DNA from: an uncultured Thermoplasmatales archaeon
GTDB taxonomy: Archaea > Thermoplasmatota > E2 > DHVEG-1
Length of the DNA: 64,000 bases
NCBI GenBank assembly: GCA_964481275.1
Contig: CAYZTD010000002.1
Location: 133,378-197,377, forward strand
Reading direction: 5' to 3'
The notes beneath the pieces are model-generated. The model was given only the letters and a program-made list of their open reading frames with translations, made no database searches and was not told the origin of the DNA. The position numbers were made by a program, and so were the translations under genes. Position 1 is the first letter of the stretch. The number at the start of each line of letters is the position of its first letter. Shown here one piece after another: positions 58,558-64,000 of the stretch.

Positions 58558-59100
58558 TTATATTTTATTAAAAATCTTTTTTATTTCTTCTCTAAAACTA
58601 TTTATGTCTTTTTCATTTGAAATAATAATATCTGAGGAAGCAATTACACTTCCAAGTCCCCAACCTAGCTCACGTTTATCTCTTTTTTTTATTTTTTCCA
58701 AATCTTTACTATCATCTTCTCTATTTCTATTCATAGCTCTCTTATATCTTGTTTTATCAGATACTTCAATACCTATTAAAATAAAATCAGCGTTTAGTTT
58801 TTCTTTGAAAGTTTCAACTTCTTCTAAGTTTCTAATCCCATCTACTACAAGATATCTTGTGTCTTTTATATCTTTTATTTTATCAATTGTTTTTTTTGCC
58901 CAGATGTCTTTTCCGTGTTTTTTTCTCATTTCATTTGCTACATATCCTACGTTTTTATCATTTATTTCTAAATCTCTTTTTTTTACTTCTTGCCAAACCA
59001 TATCTCCCATTCTTATAACTGGAATTTTCATTTCTTTTGCTATTTTTACTGCTTCACTTTTTCCTGAAAAAGGCATTCCTGCAAATGCTAAAATTTTCAC
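58558..59100 (-). CDS. P-loop nucleotide kinase (UPF0200 / adenylate-kinase-like family)
   Basis: Walker A motif FAGMPFSGKSEA. About 180 aa. Confidence 0.6.
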   Translation of the reverse strand: MKILAFAGMPFSGKSEAVKIAKEMKIPVIRMGDMVWQEVKKRDLEINDKNVGYVANEMRKKHGKDIWAKKTIDKIKDIKDTRYLVVDGIRNLEEVETFKEKLNADFILIGIEVSDKTRYKRAMNRNREDDSKDLEKIKKRDKRELGWGLGSVIASSDIIISNEKDINSFREEIKKIFNKI

Positions 59101-59115
59101 TTATTCACCATATTT

Positions 59116-59343
59116 TTATTTTTTTGATTTTTTATATCTTGATTTATAAAGTGAGAATGTTGCAATAGGAAATACAATTATAAAAAAGACTATCCAGACC
59201 CAAATTGATATCTCTTCTTCATAGTAACCTAATAGTAAAATTATTGGAACTTCAATTAAGAGAGTTATTGCAAGTCCCCAAACTATCGAACCTATTAGTG
59301 ATGTATCTTTTCCTTTCCAAATTAAACCCCATGCATAAGACAT
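59116..59343 (-). CDS. small 2-TM membrane protein
   Basis: 75-aa hydrophobic ORF just upstream of the kinase gene on the same strand. Confidence 0.4.
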   Translation of the reverse strand: MSYAWGLIWKGKDTSLIGSIVWGLAITLLIEVPIILLLGYYEEEISIWVWIVFFIIVFPIATFSLYKSRYKKSKK

Positions 59344-59406
59344 AATATCATCTTTATAAACATATATTTTGTTTTAATGTTTTTGAAATTACAAAAATTG
59401 TTTTAG

Positions 59407-59508
59407 TGCAGGGGGAGCGATTCGAACGCTCGAAGACCTACGTCACAGGGTATCTTAATGCTTAGGCATTCCTAAGCCCTGCCCCTTTGACCGCTCGGGT
59501 ACCCCTGC
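59407..59508 (-). tRNA. tRNA-Leu (anticodon UAG) with a 19-nt intron at the canonical 37/38 position
   Basis: Reverse-complement reading shows acceptor GCAGGGG/CCCCUGC with discriminator A, a D arm, anticodon stem CAGGG/CCCUG, loop CU-UAG-G, a long variable arm (GAC-GUAG-GUC) and T arm GAGCG-UUCGAAU-CGCUC. The intron AAUGCCUAAGCAUUAAGAU pairs with the anticodon region in a BHB-like helix. Confidence 0.8.
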
Positions 59509-59577
59509 AGAATAGAAACTTCTAATAGAAAAGATACTCAAAAATGTTTTTACGATTTTTTTTGAGAATAAAGATTA

Positions 59578-59781
59578 TCATTTTTCTTTTACTAGTAGTT
59601 TTTTTTCACCATATTTGCCATAACAGTTATAACAAAATTTTCTTGCGATAAGTGAATGAAGATGTTCTTCAACACCCTCTTCTAAATGATATGTTTCTCC
59701 TTTTAAGATTTGTTGATTACAATTTGTGCAAACCTTTGAGCTATTTGCAACTTTCTTAATGAGATGAGTTTGAATATTCAT
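59578..59781 (-). CDS. small zinc-ribbon protein
   Basis: 67 aa with a CxxC...CxxC arrangement (CTNCNQQ...CYNCYG). Confidence 0.4.
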   Translation of the reverse strand: MNIQTHLIKKVANSSKVCTNCNQQILKGETYHLEEGVEEHLHSLIARKFCYNCYGKYGEKKLLVKEK

Positions 59782-59908
59782 AAATCAAAACCCTCTATAT
59801 CAATAAAATATATGGTTAATAAACATTTTTCTTAAAAATCTAAGAATACTTTCGGTTTACTATATACTAATTTATTATATCATCTCATAGTTTTTATATT
59901 AATTCCTT

Positions 59909-60571
59909 ATGAATGCGAAAAAAATAGATTTAGATGCTATAGATATAAAAGAAAAAGCATATCTAATTGGTATCATAGTTGGAGATGGGTATTTATATCA
60001 TGATAATTGGAGGCATTACAAGGTTAATATTTACTTAAATCCAAATAAAGATAAAGACGTAGCTAATTTTGTTCTATTTTTACTAAAGAAAGTAGGTCTT
60101 AATCCATATGAAATGCATCATCATGGATGTTTAGTTATAAGATTTAATTCAAAATCATTTTTTAATTTTATTGAAAAAGAATTAAAAAGAATTAAAAACA
60201 TCGATATTAAAAATAAGGATTTTATGATTGGTTTTATATCAGGATTTATAGATTCTGATGGCTATGTATCTTATGGAGATATTGTTATTTCAAATAAAAA
60301 AAAAGAATTGATAGAAAAGACAAATAATTTTTGTAAAAATTTGAAAATATATTCTAAAATTTGGAGTCAACATAATCTATTCCGTGGTAAAATTTTTGAT
60401 ATATGGAGATTGAGAATAGGTACTAGTTTTAAGTATGAGGAACATTATTCCCAAAAATTAAATCGGATATATGGCGGGGCGCTGCCCATCATAGCGAGTA
60501 TTAATTCAGAAATGGATGATACCTATAAGGGTGGGGTAGCCAGGAAATCCCGACGGGCCCATAACCCGTAG
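59909..60571 (+). CDS. LAGLIDADG-family homing endonuclease (double-motif); 3' end reads into the tRNA-Met 5' exon
   Basis: Two LAGLIDADG-type motifs are present (LIGIIVGDGYL and IGFISGFIDSDGYV). The true stop is uncertain because the reading frame continues through the tRNA gene. Confidence 0.7.
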   Translation: MNAKKIDLDAIDIKEKAYLIGIIVGDGYLYHDNWRHYKVNIYLNPNKDKDVANFVLFLLKKVGLNPYEMHHHGCLVIRFNSKSFFNFIEKELKRIKNIDIKNKDFMIGFISGFIDSDGYVSYGDIVISNKKKELIEKTNNFCKNLKIYSKIWSQHNLFRGKIFDIWRLRIGTSFKYEEHYSQKLNRIYGGALPIIASINSEMDDTYKGGVARKSRRAHNP

Positions 60572-60599
60572 ATCAGTGGTTCAAATCCACTCCCCGCTA
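60473..60599 (+). tRNA. initiator-type tRNA-Met (anticodon CAU) interrupted by a ~52-nt non-canonical intron between the acceptor stem and D arm
   Basis: The contiguous 3' part has D arm GGGG-UAGCCAGGAAA-UCCC, anticodon arm ACGGG-CCCAUAA-CCCGU with three G-C pairs, T arm AGUGG-UUCAAAU-CCACU and 3' acceptor CCCCGCU-A. The only complementary 5' acceptor strand (GGCG/GGG) lies about 52 nt upstream at 60473. Confidence 0.6.
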
Positions 60600-60740
60600 T
60601 CTTTTTTGATTAATTAAAAACCAAATATTTTTAATTGATATTTTGATTTTTATATTGCTTTATTTGGGAGGTAGACTTGTATTTATGGTAAAATCCGTAT
60701 TAATTCTTCAAAATCGCCTCTAAATTTATTAAAAGATAGA

Positions 60741-61085
60741 TTGAAAAAGAATAACATTGAAAAAAAACAAGAAGAAAGATCAAAGAATATAGAAAAAATT
60801 AATGAACAGATTAAGAAAATGAATGATTTATTTGATGACGAAGAGAATGTATCTATAAAATATGAACCAAGTCCTATGCAAAATAGGTTATTGAAAATGA
60901 TTTATCTTGATGATGTAGATGCAGATCATGTTAAAAAGAATCTTAAAATTTCTAATAATGAATTAGAAAATCTTGTAAATCAATTAGTAGAAGTTGGTTT
61001 AGTTGAATATACATCAGATAATGAAGTGGAATTAACAAATGAAGGTATTTATTATATCGTCAATAGAAATCTAGATTTATTTTAG
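60741..61085 (+). CDS. small hypothetical protein, possible winged-helix fold
   Basis: 114 aa. The C-terminal LENLVNQLVEVGLVEYTSDNEVELTNEG resembles a wHTH recognition helix and wing. Confidence 0.4.
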   Translation: MKKNNIEKKQEERSKNIEKINEQIKKMNDLFDDEENVSIKYEPSPMQNRLLKMIYLDDVDADHVKKNLKISNNELENLVNQLVEVGLVEYTSDNEVELTNEGIYYIVNRNLDLF

Positions 61086-61144
61086 TTGATTAATTTTTAA
61101 ACAATCTTTTTAAAAGAAAACATTTTGTTTACTATTGAATTTAT

Positions 61145-61888
61145 GTGTTAGAACATCATCATAGATATTGGGAGATAGATCTTTTACGTGGTATAGCAAT
61201 TATTATGATGATAATATATCATATATTTTATGATATCAATTTTTTAAATGTCTATAATTTTGATTTTCAATTTTTTTCTTTTAAACTTTTTTTGTATCCT
61301 ATTGGTACAATTTTTCTTTTACTTGTTGGTATTTCTTTAACTTTGAGTTATAATAAATCTAAAAAAGATTTAACCAAAAATAGCTTGATTAAAAAATTTG
61401 TTTTTAGAGGATTGAAAATCTTTTTTCTAGGTTTGATAATCACTATTGTAACTTTTTTGTGTTTAGGTCAAGGTTTTGTAATTTTTGGGGTTTTACATTG
61501 TATAGGGATTTCGATTATTTTATCAATTATATTTCTTAGGTTTCGTTTTCTAAATTTGTTTCTTGGCATAATTTTTGTTATTTTTGGTATTGTTTTAAGT
61601 TCTATGACTTTTGATTTTAACTTTCTTTTATTTTTGGGGTTTAGACCTATAGATCTTTACACTGTAGATTATTTTCCTATTTTACCTTGGTTTGGAGTAG
61701 TTCTTTTTGGTATAGGTCTTGGTAATATTTTTTATAAAGATTATAAAAGAAATTTTAATTTACCTGATTTGTCTAAATTAATAATTGTAAAATTTTTGGA
61801 TTTTCTTGGTAGAAATTCACTTATAATTTATTTTCTACATCAACCTATCTTAATTTTTTTAATTCAACTTTTTAGTACTTTAAATTAA
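61145..61888 (+). CDS. polytopic membrane protein, DUF1624/acyltransferase-3-like (heparan-alpha-glucosaminide N-acetyltransferase-like)
   Basis: N-terminus WEIDLLRGIAIIMMIIYHIFYD and eight or more TM helices. Confidence 0.6.
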   Translation: MLEHHHRYWEIDLLRGIAIIMMIIYHIFYDINFLNVYNFDFQFFSFKLFLYPIGTIFLLLVGISLTLSYNKSKKDLTKNSLIKKFVFRGLKIFFLGLIITIVTFLCLGQGFVIFGVLHCIGISIILSIIFLRFRFLNLFLGIIFVIFGIVLSSMTFDFNFLLFLGFRPIDLYTVDYFPILPWFGVVLFGIGLGNIFYKDYKRNFNLPDLSKLIIVKFLDFLGRNSLIIYFLHQPILIFLIQLFSTLN

Positions 61889-62897
61889 GATTCTTAAGTT
61901 CTACTCCTTTTCCTTTAGAAATCTTGCCTACTTTTTTTACTTCTACTTTGGAGTGTTTTTTAAGTATTTTTAATGCTTTTTCTTCATCTTTTTTATCTAA
62001 AATTATTGCAAGACCCATTCCCATGTTAAATGTCTTATACATTTCTTTGTCTTCGATATTTCCTTTTTTTTGTAAAAACTTAAAGATATCTTGCGGTTCA
62101 AAAGGATTATCGATAACATATTTTACATTTTTATTTAATCTTTTAAGATTAAGTAATCCTCCACCTGTTATATGTGCTATTCCATGTGGTGTTATTTTTT
62201 TAAGTAGTTCTATTGTTTCTTTTACATAGATTTGAGTAGGTGTGAGAAGAATCTCTCCTATTTTTTTATTTTTATATACATTTTCTGGAAAAGAATCTGT
62301 ATATGATAATTTTGTTTTCTCTATTACTCTTCTTGCAAGTGTGTATCCATTTGAGTGTATACCACTGCTTTTCAAACCTATTATTACATCTTCTGGTTTT
62401 ATTTTTTCACCTGTTATAATGTCTTTTTTCTTAAGATATGCAAGACACGTTCCAGCAAGATCAAATCCATTTATAATTTCTGGAAGAGATGCAGTTTCAC
62501 CACCTATTATTGAAATGTTTGCTTGTTTTGCGCCTTCTGAGAGTCCTTTTCCTATTTCTTTTGTAATTTTTGGTTTTGGGTCATCTATTGCTAGATAATC
62601 TACAAATGATAATGGCTCTGCACCAACACATATTGCATCGTTTACATTCATAGCAATGCAATCTATTCCTACTGTATCATATTTTTTTAGTTTCTCTGCG
62701 ATTTTTACTTTACTTCCAACTCCGTCTGTACATAGCACTAGTGCATAGTCGCCAAATTCGATCATTCCTGCATAGTGTCCACCTAGAGGTTTTCCTATTC
62801 CTTTTCTTGTTGATTTTATACTTGATAGTATTTCTTTTATTGCTTTTTCTTCTTTTTTTATGTCTACTCCACTTTCTCTATATGTCATTTTCTTCAA
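61872..62897 (-). CDS. purM: phosphoribosylformylglycinamidine cyclo-ligase (AIR synthetase)
   Basis: 341 aa. Motifs SGVDIKKEEKAIKEI, DGVGSKVKIAEKL and the AIRS C-terminal domain are present. Confidence 0.85.
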   Translation of the reverse strand: MKKMTYRESGVDIKKEEKAIKEILSSIKSTRKGIGKPLGGHYAGMIEFGDYALVLCTDGVGSKVKIAEKLKKYDTVGIDCIAMNVNDAICVGAEPLSFVDYLAIDDPKPKITKEIGKGLSEGAKQANISIIGGETASLPEIINGFDLAGTCLAYLKKKDIITGEKIKPEDVIIGLKSSGIHSNGYTLARRVIEKTKLSYTDSFPENVYKNKKIGEILLTPTQIYVKETIELLKKITPHGIAHITGGGLLNLKRLNKNVKYVIDNPFEPQDIFKFLQKKGNIEDKEMYKTFNMGMGLAIILDKKDEEKALKILKKHSKVEVKKVGKISKGKGVELKNLNLKY

Positions 62898-63032
62898 ATT
62901 AATCGCCTTTCAAATCAGGTATATTTAATGTGTATCATAATTGTTTTGATTAAATTTTTTTATAAAATAGGAAATGTTTGTTAAATAACCTTTATAAACA
63001 ATTAGTTATAGAATATTTAGTTGGAAGTGTAT

Positions 63033-64000
63033 ATGAATAAAAAATTATTAACTTTGATAGTATTTATCTTTGTATTAGTTCCGTTTCTATCAGGATGTTT
63101 TGAGGAAGAGAGATCTTTTAATAAAAAACCTGTTGTAAAAATTAATCATCCTAAAAATTATGATACTGTTTCTAAGATTGTTACTATTTCAGGTGAAGCT
63201 TCTGATCCTAATGGTGTTCAAACAATTAAATCTGTGGAGATTATGATTAATGACAGCTGGATTGCTGTCGATGGTACTGATAAGTGGATTTATAGTTGGA
63301 ATGTCTATGATTTGGAGGATGGATCTTATATTATTCATGCTCGTGCTTGGGATGGAGATCTTTATTCTGATATTGATGAAGTTTCTGTAACAGTTAATAA
63401 TCCTGAGGTAGTTGAATCCGATGAGCATAAATGGGCTGTTTTTAGTTTTGTTGGTAATTTTCCAGAGGATAATGAAAGCAAGCTTGGTAATGGTGGTTTG
63501 TATCTGGCTGAAGAAATGGCTTCTTATCTTATTGAAGAAAAAAATTATCCTACTTCTAATGTTTATATTCTCTTTGACGATGGTTATATAAGAAAGGATA
63601 ACGGTCTTGGAAAAAGACTTTTGTCTCTTCAAGAACGCATTCATGAATATGATGTTTTTTATGCTGCTGCAACTAAAGATAATTTTAATTCTGTTATAGA
63701 TGATGTAGTACAATCTTCAAATAAGTTTGATGATAGTGAGGTTTTTTTGTGGTTTTCAGGTCATGGAGTTGGTGATAGTGGAAATCCTATAACTGGTGGT
63801 AAACTATTTGAAAGGAGTGCTTTGTATCTGTGGGATAATATGATTAATGATAATGAATTAGGTGTTCTTCTTCAGAATTTAAAATCTAAAAAGACTTGTA
63901 TTATTATTGATGCTTGTTATAGTGGTGGTTTTGTAGATAAAACAATTTTTAATCTTCCTGAATTGTTTTTGTTTAATTCAAAGATTCCTGCTAATGGTAG
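63033..64000 (+). CDS. secreted (lipobox-like Cys) caspase-fold clan-CD cysteine peptidase, legumain (C13)-like; 3' end outside window
   Basis: The frame is open from ATG 63033 to the window end and is not in the ORF track because it lacks a stop. Signal ending LSGC is present. An Ig-like domain precedes His context LWFSGHGVGD and Cys context IIIDACYSGGF, arranged as in clan-CD peptidases. Confidence 0.7.
   Translation, partial: MNKKLLTLIVFIFVLVPFLSGCFEEERSFNKKPVVKINHPKNYDTVSKIVTISGEASDPNGVQTIKSVEIMINDSWIAVDGTDKWIYSWNVYDLEDGSYIIHARAWDGDLYSDIDEVSVTVNNPEVVESDEHKWAVFSFVGNFPEDNESKLGNGGLYLAEEMASYLIEEKNYPTSNVYILFDDGYIRKDNGLGKRLLSLQERIHEYDVFYAAATKDNFNSVIDDVVQSSNKFDDSEVFLWFSGHGVGDSGNPITGGKLFERSALYLWDNMINDNELGVLLQNLKSKKTCIIIDACYSGGFVDKTIFNLPELFLFNSKIPANG

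Noticed and set aside
58604-59149. 181-aa plus-strand ORF
   Set aside because: It is antisense to the well-supported P-loop kinase gene (58558..59100). It is Ser/Phe/Leu-rich, as expected from reverse-reading an AT-rich, K/E-rich gene.
63189-63713. 174-aa minus-strand ORF in the ORF track
   Set aside because: It lies antisense to a long open plus-strand frame (63033 to the window end) that has clear signal-peptide, Ig-like and clan-CD peptidase motifs. The minus-strand translation is low-complexity, Ile/Asn/Phe-rich AT-frame noise.
1-64000. CRISPR arrays, rRNA genes, RNase P / SRP RNA
   Set aside because: No regularly spaced direct repeats of 24-40 nt with unique spacers were seen. No rRNA-like conserved stretches were seen. 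The only strong RNA-gene signals are the two intron-containing tRNAs.

Overview
This is an AT-rich archaeal chromosomal fragment, roughly 27-30% GC by eye. Archaeal identity rests on a TFIIB homologue (TFB), archaeal-type ThrRS, fibrillarin, PurP, an AcnX/UbiD-type mevalonate pathway, a PGF-CTERM sorting signal and intron-containing tRNAs. Codon usage and gene content suggest a small-genome, possibly DPANN-like archaeon, but that is inference. Housekeeping genes (gcvT/gcvH, thrS, purP/purL/purS/purM, rlmE, flpA, tfb, cspA, mvk) are interleaved with an unusually large secretome. That secretome includes two clostripain-like (C11) peptidases, one papain-like (C1) peptidase, a partial legumain/caspase-fold peptidase at the window end, a transglutaminase-like enzyme and several PKD-domain proteins. 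At least eight of these signal-peptide proteins end in the same non-transmembrane tail: a Lys/Ser-rich linker followed by an aromatic-rich amphipathic segment of about 22-28 aa. I cannot assign it to any sorting signal I recognise; it may be a new C-terminal sorting or anchoring tag. A separate ~160-aa uncharacterised domain recurs in three of these proteins. Other notable items are listed below.
- A six-gene operon (46135..52508) encodes an HD hydrolase, a CitF-like citrate CoA-transferase, a citrate-synthase-family citryl-CoA-lyase-like protein, a fused LeuC-LeuD-type aconitase-family dehydratase, a PHP-domain protein and a GAF-domain protein. It lacks citD/citE and may be an ACP-independent citrate lyase or split citrate synthase module.
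- The archaeal mevalonate operon (mvk, UbiD-like decarboxylase, AcnX large and small subunits) carries an embedded unknown 105-aa ORF.
- An initiator tRNA-Met appears to be interrupted by a non-canonical ~52-nt intron near the acceptor/D-arm junction, with a LAGLIDADG homing-endonuclease ORF running into its 5' exon.
- A tRNA-Leu(UAG) carries a canonical 37/38 intron.
- A repeat-bracketed 2.4-kb segment carries a SWIM-zinc-finger DDE transposase.
- A pseudogene remnant shares a 37-nt exact repeat with a distant PKD-protease gene.
- No rRNA genes or CRISPR arrays were seen.
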